DNA of 64,000 nucleotides from Tubiluchus corallicola (lineage: Eukaryota; Animalia; Priapulida): positions 23,259 to 87,258 of the forward strand of contig JAQGDQ010000855.1 in assembly GCA_030141605.1 (NCBI GenBank), written 5' to 3'. The notes under the pieces were generated by a model, which had not been told where the DNA came from, ran no database searches, and saw only the letters and a program-made list of their open reading frames with translations. Each line of letters opens with the position of its first letter. The first letter of the stretch is position 1. Shown here piece by piece: positions 40,756 through 54,193 of this stretch. The translations under genes and the position numbers were made by a program.

Positions 40756-43700
40756 TCAGAAGTTCTTTGATAGCAATAATTCCAAACACAAACAGAAAAA
40801 CAAATTGTAATTGAATTGAATTTGCATGGCAGCATCGTATGCAGATGCAGGAAGTTTGTTGGCGGGATTGCTAGGGTCACAGAATTCAGATAACGTCATT
40901 TCGTGTTCATCGTGAGGGTACGGCGGTACATGGCAATCAAATATAGAAGCCACCCACCAATCAGCCTTCAGCCACCTCATACTGCAGTTGCAATAAAGGG
41001 GGCTTCCTGAAAAACAAAAACGAGAAGTTTCAAAGTGTTGTTGATAAAAGATTGAACCTCAATGTGTTTTTAATACAAACCGTTTTTCTTTTTCTATTAA
41101 GATTTCAGGAAAGTTAAAGCAAAACCGGATTCAATGTTAAACTGTAGGTCAAAGCCTATACCTATAGTATAAAATATTGAAAGGAAACATACTATTTTTT
41201 TGAAAAATGACTTATGGTAAAACAATTATTACTACACAAACAATATTTCACGTTCATGCCACTATTTTTTCGCTGTCACTTTACATGCGTTGGTTAAAGG
41301 GGCTGCATTTCGGAAATGCATTGTACAAAAATGTCCCTCTCAGTTCAGTTGAGTTAGTTTGTGACGAACTGTACGCGTTCGACAGCTTTTGCGTGAGTAC
41401 GTATTTGTGGCAAATTTGAAAGTTAAATTTTTATCTTAAAACTTAATTTTAAATCGCTGAATAGCTTATAGTAGCATCGTACTTCAATTTTCGTATTCGC
41501 AAACAATAGCAAAGCACTCATGGAATATTTTGATGCTAAAAATTGTTAGTTTGTGATGTCATCACTAGTTGGGCTCACCTGCTGTTAGTTAAGGTTTTAT
41601 TCTATTATTTTATTATCAGAAAGGCTTTTGCAGTATTATTGACATTAAAATGTACAGTACGTGAACATATGATAGTATACGCAAAATCATCCTGTTAAAG
41701 ACGTACCGCAGAATGCACAATTTACTTAATTGCTTTCATCTGCTTATAGCAATGTGAAAATTGAACACCACATTGTCTTTAATTCTGCCATGATTAGCAA
41801 AAGCCAAGCATAGAGTAGCGAAGTTTCTTTCTTTTTTCATTTCAACTCTCTACAATGTCTGTGTACATTATAAAAGCATTTGGGTTCATGGAAATGGTGA
41901 AAATTTTGATCCATATAAAACAAAAGAGGGTCTTGTAAAAATTTACTGGGAAAGGGGCACATGTGCCTTAGATGTAGCAGTAAGAACGATCTTGTCCAAG
42001 TGAAAAAAATCTAGTAAAAAAAATTTCAATATTCTAGCAAATCATTAATACAGACTAAAGTGGGCACTTGTGGAACACCTCATTTAGGAAATTCCACCTC
42101 ACTAAAAACGTCCATTGAAAGTGGTGCGTATTTGCTATTATTCGGACAACAATAAACTAGTTATTGTCGAAGTTTATAAACGCAAACTCACCTGTTAGTA
42201 GCAAATTTCACCACACTAAAAACGTCCATTGAAAGTGGGGCGTATTTGGTGTTATTCGGACAACAATAAACTAGTTATTGTCGAAGATTATAAACGCAAA
42301 CTCACCTGTTAGTAGCAAATTTCACCTCAGTAAAAACATCCATTGAAAGTGGTGCGTATTTGGTATTATTCGGACAACGATAAACTAGTTATTGTCGAAG
42401 ATTATAAACGCAAACTCACCTGTTAGTAGCAAATTTCACCTCAGTATAAACATCCATTGAAAGTGGTGCGTATTTGGTGTTATTCGGACAACGATAAACT
42501 AGTTATTGTCGAAGATTATAAACGCAAACTCACCTGTTAGTAGCAAATTTCGCCTCAGTATAAACATCCATTGAAAGTGGTGCGTATTTGCTATTATTCG
42601 GACAACGATAAACTAGTTATTGTCGAAGTTTATAAACGCAAACTCACCTGTTAGTAGCAAATTTCACCTCAGTAAAAACATCCATTGAAAGTGGGGCGTA
42701 TTTGCTATTATTCGGACAACGATAAACTAGTTATTGTCGAAGATTATAAACGCAAACTCACCTGTTAGTAGCAAATTTCACCTCAGTAAAAACATCCATT
42801 GAAAGTGGGGCGTATTTGGTGTTATTCGGACAACGATAAACTAGTTATTGTCGAAGATTATAAACGCAAACTCACCTGTTAGTAGCAAATTTCGCCTCAG
42901 TATAAACATCCATTGAAAGTGGGGCGTATTTGGTGTTATTCGGACAACGATAAACTAGTTATTGTCGAAGATTGTAAACGCAAACTCACCTGTTAGTAGC
43001 AAATTTCGCCTCAGTAAAAACATCCATTGAAAGTGGTGCGTATTTGGTGTTATTCGGACAACGATAAACTAGTTATTGTCGAAAATTATAAACATAAACT
43101 CACCTGTTAGTAGCAAATTTCACCTCAGTAAAAACATCCATTGATAGTGGTGCGTGTTTGCTTTGCTTCGGATAACGATTGTCGAAAATTATAAACATAC
43201 AACTCACCTGTTAGCTCTATTAACATATCCGATGGATGTCTTTCGCGATGAAGTTTTGGCTTCCTCATGTACTTGATGTTAGTCCTGGTAAAGATGATGG
43301 TCCCGATGACGAAATTTATCGAAAGATCCAAGTCGGCATTCACAAGTTGCAAACAGTTACTGATGATTATTTGCCTCACGAAATTCATTTGATCAAACGC
43401 CTTTGGATGAATTCTCTTTAAATTGTTATTATAAGAAATTGTGATGCTATGCCAGACCGAAGCATATATTGCATTTTCTCCAAGCTCTTCTAAGTCAGAC
43501 TTCGTGATGGTTAAGTCATTTATGTCTTTTCTTCTGAGAAACAAATCGGGCAATTGTGCTTCCTTGTAGTGAGAAATTATTAGCTTTCGAAGATAGCATG
43601 GAAAAGTTTTCCAGATTTGTTTCAGTTTTGCAGAAAACAGTTGCTGTCCCACATCGCCACATACAACATTGCATAGGCCAATCGGCGCCACCTGGTGCGA

Positions 43701-46700
43701 ATACCAGTACGTGCATTCTTTGAAGCGCACATCACAGGCATAAATTTTTGCTGGTGTTGTGACCGGCTGCGCTGTAGTAGTAGTTGTTATGTTCTCCATA
43801 CAATGCGAGACGCTTTTTGCTGAAAAAGGCACTTCGGGACATTTCCTTAAGCAAGGTTTGCATTTAACTCTAGCCTCCTTCCAATATTTCGATTGTGCCC
43901 ATTTCAGAGGACAACCACATGAAATTTCATTACCTGTAACAAAATATGACATTAAACAAAATGTGGTATGTTGACAGACATGAATTGTATAAGTTTGATT
44001 GTATAAGTTAGACCACAAAGTAGCAATATGGGACTTTTTACAATATTTCAGGCAACAAACAATGTAAGGTATATATATATATGAAGAATTTGTTAAGAAC
44101 TCCAAAACGTTGTCTTCAGAAACAGCCAGAACTGCTGCAAAGCAAAATATAAATTATTTAACTAATACAGACTTTATTATTTAACTATTTAGCTAATTAC
44201 TTAACTAACACAGTTTTAACACAGTCAAAAATATCTGTAGTTGCAAATAGAACACACCTACTCACCCCCAACTTAAGACTATTTAATATTTGCTATTTGC
44301 AACTTAATTTCTGCTACTCTTTTTCACACAACATTTCCAGAAAATATTTGGAGAAATTTGGAAACATTTGGAAAAATCGGATCAATTTTAGTTGTCGGAA
44401 TGTTCTAAACGTTAGCTTTCTAAACGTGTCTGAAAATTTCTAAGCGTTACTTATGGCATAGTATTAAAAAATATTTCTTATAGCAAGATATTTATGCAAA
44501 TTTAATCGTCATTTGCAATGTGAACTTCAAGCGTCTGCTGTGTTGACCTTCAATCAGAATATACAAAATACCCAGGAGTGGATTAACTCTTTCATAATGC
44601 ACAGTATCATTTGTGTGCAATCGGCTAATACAGCAAATTTCAACTATCCAGACACAACACTTTCATATACTTTAACCTCATGTCTACTCTACATTTAAGG
44701 AGAAATTCCTTTCAAAAAATGAATCAACATTAATTTGTCCTTACAGGCTATCAATAAATTAGTGTGTACGATCACGCAACTGTACACCAGTCTAAGTTAC
44801 TCAATTTATCAAATTAGATCACTCATAAATGTTTGGATAGCCGATACTCTTCTGAATAAAGCAGTACCTAATTTGCAATCATTTAGTTATGTCTGTACTC
44901 ACACAGAAGCAGAAAAGTCATAGATTCTTAGAAGACCTACTTAGAATGGTGCGGACCTGAAGGAGTTAAGGGCCTCACGGGCAAAGGTTATCAACAAACG
45001 AAGGACCTGAACGTATTGGCTACACATCAAATTGTACTATAGGTTTTACATGTCAAATGTAGACGTGCGTTAACTCAAATGTAGATTTAGGTAACTCAAA
45101 TGTAGACTTAGGTGGTTCAAATGTGTTAACAATGGATGTTAAATTTAATCTTCTTTAATTTCAATTTAATAATTGCTCCTAATTTAAAATAACAACCTCA
45201 TAGGCCTACTAATAGTTCACTAATATTCTGTAAACTTTACATGCCATTGGAACTGTTAGAGAAAACAATGCATTCTTAAAATAAACAATGTTTCTTGAGA
45301 GAAACCAATTCATTAATACAGTGCTAATGCATTACTTAAAAAACTAATTAGTGATTCACTGTTCATTGGGAAGTGGGAACCGATTTATTCTTTTCTGCCG
45401 ACATTATACAACCTAACCTAAACAAGACCAACAACTGGTTAAAAACTATACGAAATCATACGAAATGATTGTTTTTTAAGTTGCTCTCTATTTAATCCGT
45501 TGGTCTATTTTACATGATGACTGATGATGAATGAGGGGAATGTTTAAAACTTCTGTAATAAGACGTCTGCTTGCCCACACTGGCCCCACAGTGTCATTTG
45601 TGTTCCTATCTGAGCTGAGAATTGCTTGTTTGAAAAGTAGGTCTCTCACTTTTGAAATGCTTTATTGTGACAGTGTCAAGCATTTAGCATCTAGCACTCA
45701 ACAGAAAACATATTATATATTTTTCAGAAGAGGTCTTGACAAGCCACTAGGCAGTTTCCATTTTTTTGTCAGTTTTCTGTTGTGTTTTCAGGGCAGATTT
45801 TAGAATTCTACTTGTCCAATATCTATAAGGATGATGATGATAATTCCTTACCTTTCAATTCCAGTGAAATCTGCTCAGAAGGTCTCTGTGGATGCAGCTG
45901 GGGCATCCTCATCCTCTTTATCCCTGTTCGTTCTATATCAATCAGACTTATTTCCAAATTATTGCTCAGATCCAGAGCAAGCGTTTTTAGTTTTGGGCAA
46001 TCGTATATCACAATTTCGTCTACGGTATCTATTCGCTCGAAAGCATTTGAGGAGATTGCAGTTAATTTTCTGTGGCGCTTCAACATCAAGGCATAATTAA
46101 CAGTTCCATATATAGATGCTTCATGAATCATTTCAATTTCAGAGTCCACTATTTCAAGTTCGTCTATAACCTTTCCTTTTAGAAAATATTGTGGTAATTC
46201 TTTTTCCTGATAGTTAGCAATAAAAAAATATCGAGTCCAAGTGGGAAGTGATTGTAAGATTAATGTCAAGTCAGATTGAAAGAGTTTCTCAAAGTAACCG
46301 CATACTACAAAGCATCCTTTGCGATCATAAGAAGATTCCACAATAATACACTTTGAAATAGCAAATCCACACACGTCATCTGTACAATTGAGAAAATCTC
46401 CAATTTTTATTTCTTTCTCTGTGTGCTTGAAGGGTGGTATATTGCAATCAATTATCGAGTATTTCCAATTCTTCCTTTTTGTCCACTCCATCTTGCAATC
46501 GCAGTACAGTAGATTTTCTAAAATTAGATTTAAAGGGAGTTAGAAGAACAATTTGCTTGCTAGTAGATTATCAGTAAATTCGATTACAAAAAATGTCACT
46601 TGTATCGTGGAAACTTTGATTTAGGTAGTTGCTTGATCGTATTATTTACCTTCACTTCACTGCCCCTAGAACGATGATAGCGGTTTCGTTTTTTGAGGTT

Positions 46701-49551
46701 CATCTAGCAGTGTCCAAACAAACTACACCTGTAATATAGAGTGTCGCCATATGTTTCGCTTACTGAAACACGTAGAGTTGGAAAGCTAAGTAAAACACGT
46801 GACAAAATGCAGCAAACATATGTATGCTTTTTGTTTGTTTTTCTTTCTTAAACCAAGATTTCTCAATACAAGCCTGGTTTGCTCACTTATCTGATTTCTC
46901 TCCAGCACAGACAGCATTTGTCTTGGCTCATACAGGTGATGGCGACAGTTGCTATTTCTAATTAATAAATCAATACAATAAGGCAGTAACAAAGCACGAA
47001 ACGAGATTGTTTTGATTGTGGAATGGTTTGATTGTGGAATGGTTTGATTGTGGATTGTTTTGATTGTGGAATGGTTTGATTGTGGAATGGTTTGATTGTG
47101 GATTGTTTTGATTGTGGAATGGTTTGATTGTGGAATGGTTTGATTGTGGTATGGTTTGATTGTGGAATGGTTTGATTGTGGAATGGTTTGATTGTGGAAT
47201 GGTTTGATTGTGGATTGTTTTGATTGTGGAATGGTTTGATTGTGAAATGGTTTGATTGTGGATTGTTTTGATTGTGGATTGTTTTGATTGTGGAATGGTT
47301 TGATTGTGGAATGGTTTGAAGGGGATGCTCGTTGTGAGAGCAAACATTAAACAGCAAAACGGTGTACCAGATCCCACAGAAAATGATTTAGATACGTTAT
47401 TAGATATATCCCTTTGTACGCGTGGGCCTTGTTGCCTGACCCATCTCTGTTCCACGAAATAGATAAACAGTAACATACAGCACACGATAGGAAAGCCAAA
47501 AGAGTTTATTTACCTGTTAGCGATATTATTACATCATTTGGCAATCTTTGATTATGCAAGACTGGCATGTCCATTTGCACTAATCCTGTTTCAGACACAA
47601 CCACACTTGCAATCCTCTGATTGTAACTTAGGTCTAAGTTGGCAGTTTTAAGGCTTTCCGCACCAATAATTTGAATACTTCTAACATCAACCATTCTACG
47701 AAATGCTTTTGGATCAATGTACGTTAAGAGGGGATTATTAACTATCCATACAGATCTCAAAACGTTGGCATGCATAAATGACGCAATCAGATTTACAAAC
47801 TTTGATTTACTTATCTGCAGCACTCCAAATGTCTTCTTCTTGAGGAATTTGCGGGGGAAGGAGCTGTCTTTGTAGTTTCTAATCTCCAGGAACTCCACAT
47901 AATCAGGTAGAGTGTTTTGCAGGAACCACATGTTAGAATAACGGAGGCCATATATTTTGCCACATATTAGTCTGCAAGGTGTTTTGCTCACGACTTTACA
48001 CAGATTCCATTTAATTCTTCTACCGCACTGATTTGAATACGGTGGAGACGGTGTGGTGGTTGGTAAGGGCGGGTGTACAGTACTTGCACCACATGCATTA
48101 TCAAAATCTGCAAGATACCATTCTCTAGCTGGAACTCCACATTCGATATAAGAATCTTGCCACCTCTCCGCTTTTGTCCATCTCATCGAACAATTACACA
48201 CAAGTGGATTATCTAGAAAAGGAAAACAGTTTTGGTGTCATATTTCTTTTGTATTTGTGTCATGAGGATTTTGTTGTATGCAGTATAATAATCAAATTTC
48301 AAGAAAAACAGTTGTGTTCTGCTTCAATCTTGCATAAAAACCAACTTCATCTGTGCACTTCAATCTACATTAACAGTAGAGCTTCATCTGTGAACGTCAA
48401 TCTACATTAATAATACAGCTTCATCTGTGAACGTCAATCTACATTCACAGTAAAGCTTTATTAATTCACTTCAATCTACATTAACAGTAAAGCTTTATTA
48501 ATTCACTTAAATCTACATAAATAGTACAGCTTCATCTATGCACTTCAATCTACATTAACAGTTCAGCATCATCTGTGAACGTCAATCTACATTAATAATA
48601 CAGCTTCATCTGTGAACGTCAATCTACATTCACAGTAAAGCTTTATTAATTCACTTAAATCTACATGAATAGTACAGCTTCATCTATGCACTTCAATGTA
48701 CATTAACAGTTCAGCTTCATCTGTGCACTTCAATCTACATTAACAGTAGAGCTTCATCTGTGAACTTCAATCTACATTAACAGTAAAGCTTTATTAATGC
48801 ACTGCAATCTACATGAACAGTACAGCTTCATTTATGCACTTCAATATACGCTAACAGTTCAGCTTCATCTGTGCACTTCGATCTACATTCACAGTACAGT
48901 TTCGTCCATGCACATCGATCTACTTTAACAGTACAGCCTCATCTATGCACTTCAACCTGCATTAACAGAACAGCTTCATCTGTGCACTTCAATCTGCATT
49001 AACAGTACAGCTTCATCTGTGCACTTCACTCTACATTATTAGTACAGCTTCATCTGTGCACTTCAATCTACATTAATGGTGCAGCTTCATCGGTGCACTT
49101 CAATCTACATTAACAGTACAGCTTCATCTATGCACTTCAATCTACATTAACAGTTCAGCTTTATCTGAGCACTTCAATCTTCATTAACAGTTCAGCTTCA
49201 TCTATGCACTTCAATCTACATTAACAGTGCAGCTTCATCTGTGCACTTCACTCTACATTAACAGTACAGTTTCATGTATGCACTGCAACCTACATTAGCA
49301 GTACAGCTTCATCTGTGCACTTCAATCTACATTAACATTACAATTGTTAACGCCAAACAATGACACGATGCAATTTTCATTGTACAAGATTATCACTTCG
49401 TGGTGTGACAGAAGCATTTACAAATGTACATTAACAGCTTCCAGTCTACAAGGGTGCAATAGCTGAATAGTATACAGGTAAATAGGGCCTAATGGCTAGT
49501 ATAAGTGAAAAGGAGAAAGGATAGTGAGCAGACCGCGGCCAAGCATGCACA

Positions 49552-49583
<32 letters not shown>

Positions 49584-50459
49584 CCGGCGTGCGAAGAACA
49601 AAATTTTATCAAATTATTCAGAATAATTCGCAATAACAGGACAAAGAGCAAACGATGTTAGTTACTGCTTTTAAAGAGGTTATTTTATTCAACCAGAAAA
49701 ACTTTTTGGTGATAATTTTTGATGTGCAGTAAAGTCGACTATGCAATTGACCATACTTTCGCACGGTCGTGTGCTTTTATCCGGAAATCATGCATTTCGA
49801 AAAAACAACTTACCCGCAATATAGAAGGATATATTCTCTGCTGGAAGATTTGGTGGAAAGATCGGCCTTGTTAAATAATCTGTAGCTGTTGATACTATCG
49901 CAAACATTGAGATCTTTGGGTTTGATGAAAAGTCTAAGCTTGTTACGTCCAGTTTTAACGAATTCTGGATTCTCAACACGGTTAGGTTGTCTAATCTTGA
50001 AAAGGCTTGGGGATGTATCGTTTTTAGTTCATAATTGTCTTCCAATATTATATTGTCAACGTCTCCATAGAAAGCATCACTGTCAATAGTTTCGAGTTTC
50101 TTAGAGTCTCTAATCTGCAAAACATTCACTTGTTTTTCGTCTAGAAAGTAATCAGGTAAAGTCGGATCATCGTACTTAAAAATTGTGATTTCTGATAAAT
50201 TATTTTTCATTGCACCAACTACTTCACCAAGTGCTATTTTATCAAGTGGCTCTTTTATACCACACAAAACTTCGCAGAAGTATATGCCGGATTTGTAGCC
50301 CTCAACAATTACAACAAAAGTACAGTTTTGTCTCCACCAATCACCTCCACATCCATACACGGTCATATGTACTCCATGTATCTGCTGAATTGATTTAAAT
50401 GTAATAACAATGAAATATCCAAATATCAATGCAGTAAACAAAAAGTTATTATTGAACAT
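40756..50459 (-). CDS. LRR gene B: ~995-aa extracellular protein with four tandem [Cys N-cap + LRRs + LRRCT] modules and a probable GPI-signal tail
   Basis: Exons 50459-49814, 48212-47514, 46517-45852, 43933-43208 and 41006-40756 are all GT-AG and all phase 1 (2988 nt). Each module repeats C..C.V.CG, Y....LP..FL..K, N..L..IHP.AF, LDLS.N, P.LH..RP and G|N.L.C.C...W...W....C. It has an N-terminal signal peptide and ends LFFCLCLELLLSKNF. Confidence 0.85.
42085..43215 (-). repeat. 114-bp tandem repeat carrying nine extra copies of the exon-4 splice donor
   Basis: CTCACCTGTTAGTAGC (+ strand) starts at 42187, 42301, 42415, 42529, 42643, 42757, 42871, 42985 and 43099. The authentic donor is at 43207. 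Confidence 0.95.
47003..47318. repeat. 16-bp minisatellite in intron 2 of LRR gene B
   Basis: Units TGATTGTGGAATGGTT and TGATTGTGGATTGTTT. Confidence 0.95.
48345..49340. repeat. 37-bp minisatellite (~27 diverged copies) in intron 1 of LRR gene B
   Basis: Unit CTTCATCTGTGCACTTCAATCTACATTAACAGTACAG. Confidence 0.93.
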
Positions 50460-51842
50460 GGTTGACTATAACAAACTTTTGGAACTTTTTTCAATTGTTC
50501 AAAGAAACGACTTTCTAAACCGCTTTGGAACTTTTGCGCAATTTCAGTAATAGTAATTGTCTTAGAACAATGCAAAAAAATTTCTCCTGTTGTTTTTGCA
50601 AAGAATTTACAATTATGGAATTAAAAATTTATTTTCAATGCGGCAACCCTTTGTTCCATTATTTCAATATTTCGTTGGTAGTAAATAATTCTGTATTGGT
50701 TGGGTTCCTGTTTGCAAGCCTGCCACAAAAATCAAACTGGAACTATTAATTAAAAACTGGGTGGCAAATCAGTATGCCAAATTTTAATGCAGTTAGAGAA
50801 CATATCCAAAACTTTGCTAATTTCAAGTTTTTACAATGACCTTATCTTTGTTATGGATAGATAATGTTTTAAATGCATTTACAGAATGAATTAAACATTG
50901 AAACATTGATTCACTGAGAATGAATTGAAACACTGTACCTAAACAAATCATAGAGGCATAAATTATATATTATTATTAAATTATAATTATAGAGACATAA
51001 AGAAAGCGTTTACATCCAGAAGTGCTATAGTTTTTTTAGGAACACCATAACTTTTTCTTAAGCTTTACAAAGAACTTGTTCATTTATTTGCAAAACACTT
51101 TTATTTTTTAGTTGTCATGTAAAATAGTAATTCATAAATAAATCACAAATCACACAGCAGAATTAAGAAAGTTATTCTATTGAAGCAGCTTTAAAGCACT
51201 TTTACATTAGTAAGATAAGGATATGCCAACTTCCAAGAAACCCCACGCCTAATGCAGTATAGACAAATAAAAAAACCTTAAAAACTTAGGGTTGTTTGAA
51301 GTCAGATATCCGTCCATGAAATATTAAATAAAGACAAATAAACACATTAAAGTGGGGAAAGGAAGTAAAAAAATCCACGTTACTTAATAGATTTTAAACC
51401 TGTCACAGTGTAAGATGCTCACCTGTGACAGATGGAGAGTGTAGGACTGTTGCCAAGCCAACGTTTCTACATCTCTCATACCTATGCTTAGTAATGTGGA
51501 ACAAGTCACCAATTACACACTTCTAATAGTATTACTAAAGTAAGTTATCATCTAGATCGGTATTAAAAAGATCATGTGGAGAGTGCCCCAAGAACAAACA
51601 ATGTGCACTGGGCTGAGTAGACAACATCGTTTACTTATCATTTTCTATCCCTTTTTTATAAACATTTGTGCATACTTTTTTTAGTGGACAGCTTCAGTTT
51701 CAGCTTTACAAAGTGTATAGCATTTGTAAGAGCTGACTAGCAAGGCATTTTTACATTTCATTAGTAGTATGTTTCTAGAAAATATCCTTATTATTGCTTG
51801 TTTTGTGTTTTGCATTGCGTGTGTATTTTAGCATTTGTGACT

Positions 51843-52062
51843 CTACTTACTTTACTTGCTTACTTGCTTACCTGTCAAGCTCCTCCGCTTAGTGTCCAGA
51901 TACAATGTGGGCATCCCGCAAACCTCCAGCACGTCGTATTCCTAGTCGGTCACCCATCCAAGTACTAACCCGCCTCTACGTTGCTTAACTTCGGTGATCA
52001 GACGACAACCGGTGTTTTCAACGTAATTTGAACAACCGGTATCTTCAACGCTGCAGTCGCGT
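51843..52062 (-). mobile_element. 5S rRNA-derived SINE (SINE3-like) or processed 5S pseudogene
   Basis: The minus strand ACGTTGAAAACACCGGTTGTCGTCTGATCACCGAAGTTAAGCAACG..TTAGTACTTGGATGGGTGACCG..GGAATAC is metazoan 5S with boxes A and C. The 5' part is duplicated and rearranged, and it is followed by a non-5S body and a (GTAAGCAA)n-like tail. Confidence 0.8.
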
Positions 52063-52331
52063 ATAATCAGATGCTCGTGATATACAAGAATAGCAAACTT
52101 GCTTGATAGGAACATGTAGTAAAGCGTATAAATTCTCCTCAAATACCAATAAAATTCACACTAACTTTCGTTTATTAATAATCAGTATACAAATCAGTAA
52201 CAACAGCATACAAACATGCTTAATATTAGCCAATATAGATTCGATTTTTTTTACTTTTTCAAGAACGGTAGTGAACGACTTAAAAAAAGACAAAAATTCG
52301 AATTTCCTTGATAACCACTCTAGCTTGTCGC

Positions 52332-54132
52332 CTAGAATTCACAAATGTACGGAAATTTTGCTGTATCACATGAGAAGTCATTCCACGTGTTCCCATTTGC
52401 CCGCAGGATGGCGCAGCTTTCGCCATCGCCATAATTATCTGGTTGGCCATCTGCTACATCCCAAGAAGTAAAAAGAGCAGGTCGGCCTGTTGCAAACCAC
52501 CTCCAGTCACCCTCCTCGTGTATGTCGGTTAAACCAATCCAAAAATGCTCGCCAGCTTTATTAAAAACAAAATATAATTAATATTAAATTTGGTTATTTA
52601 CCATTATATTTTCATATAATATAACAGTTATTTAACTTTTATTCATTCCACAGCAATTATAACGTACTTTACCACTCCCATGAAACACTAAAATAACAAA
52701 TATTATCAGTGACTTTTTTCGAAATTTTGATCAAACAGCATGCGGAAAAAACGTTCTAGCCGTACCTGGTGGGACTCTCGAAAGGAGATATATAGCTCTT
52801 TAGAAAGAGAAAGAACAGGGCTACACGATGATGTAGGCTATTTTTTAGGACATGTCCACTGAGAGGTGTATCGACGAGTTAATTAAATGTTCTATTTTTA
52901 GCAATTTTCGCTTAGAAAACTGCTGACGCAAAGCCATTGTTCTGACGTCATCCATTGTACTCTGTCTATAATCTTATAACTTTAATTCAGTCAAAGCTGC
53001 TGCTTCTGGCTTTGCGTTAGGCAAGCAAACAAACATTAGGTAGGATGTTCGCGTATTTTTGATTATGAGTGGATTTATACGCAAAAATTTTTGCGGGGCC
53101 TTTGCTAGTTAGAAATTATAAGAGTTAAAATTCTCATTTTACTGTCCTTTCCCATCAAAATAACCGATTACAGTCCTACATTCTGCAAATTATACAGCAA
53201 ATACTGATTCATTTAGAAAAAAATCGTTTAGAAAATTGTAGGTATCTCAGTCGGTGGGAAAAAAACAAATTTTTACTGTTATTATTTGCGCCATCTATTG
53301 TGTGTTTCGGGAGTTAATCTTTAGATTAACTAAGAAACACACAGATTTAGCTTTTTTCCAAATCCTAACGTCAATTACAGATTAAGTATATCTAAAACAA
53401 ATTAGGACAAATACCCGCTGTGGAAGCAACTCTATAATCAAGCAAGCAATTCTACTTTGGAATTCTTTACCTTTATAACTTAAACAAATCAGGTCCCTAT
53501 GAGCATTTAAAACAAAATTAAAATCACTAATATTAACCAGATATGAAATACCATCACATCTGTACGACAGCATACACACTAATTCAGAATTTATATATAC
53601 ACGGCCATATTAATTAAATCGTAATTTTTAATATTTTTTGAATAATTGTAATTACGTCATATTTTCATTCGTCAATACTTTCCATTACTGCACAGTAGTT
53701 TAGATTGCACTGACGCATTTGCCTTTAGCAGTGCCTATATATAGATAGATAGATATAGATATAGATATAATAATCTAATATATATAAAGAACAGTCTTAT
53801 ATACATTATGTATCATATATATAAGACTGTTCTTTATTTTCCCCATTTTACGAAAGTTGATTTTGACGGTGTCGAACTTACGACGCTTAGTTTCTGCAAT
53901 GTTCGCCAAAAACTGATTTTCTTCTGCTGTCTCTATGGCAACCAAATCTCCTCCAATCACCTTGCAATTCATAAAGGCTTTCCAAGCAGTGTCCTTCACT
54001 GTGCTAAACCTATAGCAATTGCCTGCATAGTGTTCCTCCCCATCTTTACAATCTTTAGGACCAGACGGGCCGCCAGGAGGAGCTGGCTGTAATGATGCAC
54101 ATGAAAAAATAAAAGATAAGTCTATTATTAAA

Positions 54133-54193
<61 letters not shown>

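Noticed and set aside
43934-44105. N-terminal extension of ORF 43125-44105 as a stand-alone gene start
   Set aside because: Homology to the other modules begins exactly at the acceptor at 43933, so the upstream part is intron read-through.
46786-47485. Three overlapping minus-strand ORFs (QSNHSTIKPFHNQTIP) as an extra mucin-like exon of LRR-B
   Set aside because: They come from a 16-bp minisatellite open in all frames. No convincing splice sites were found, and exons 2 and 3 join cleanly without it.
51920-52030. Functional 5S rRNA gene
   Set aside because: The 5' end is rearranged and duplicated, helix-I pairing is lost, there is no proper oligo-T terminator, and it is not in a tandem array.
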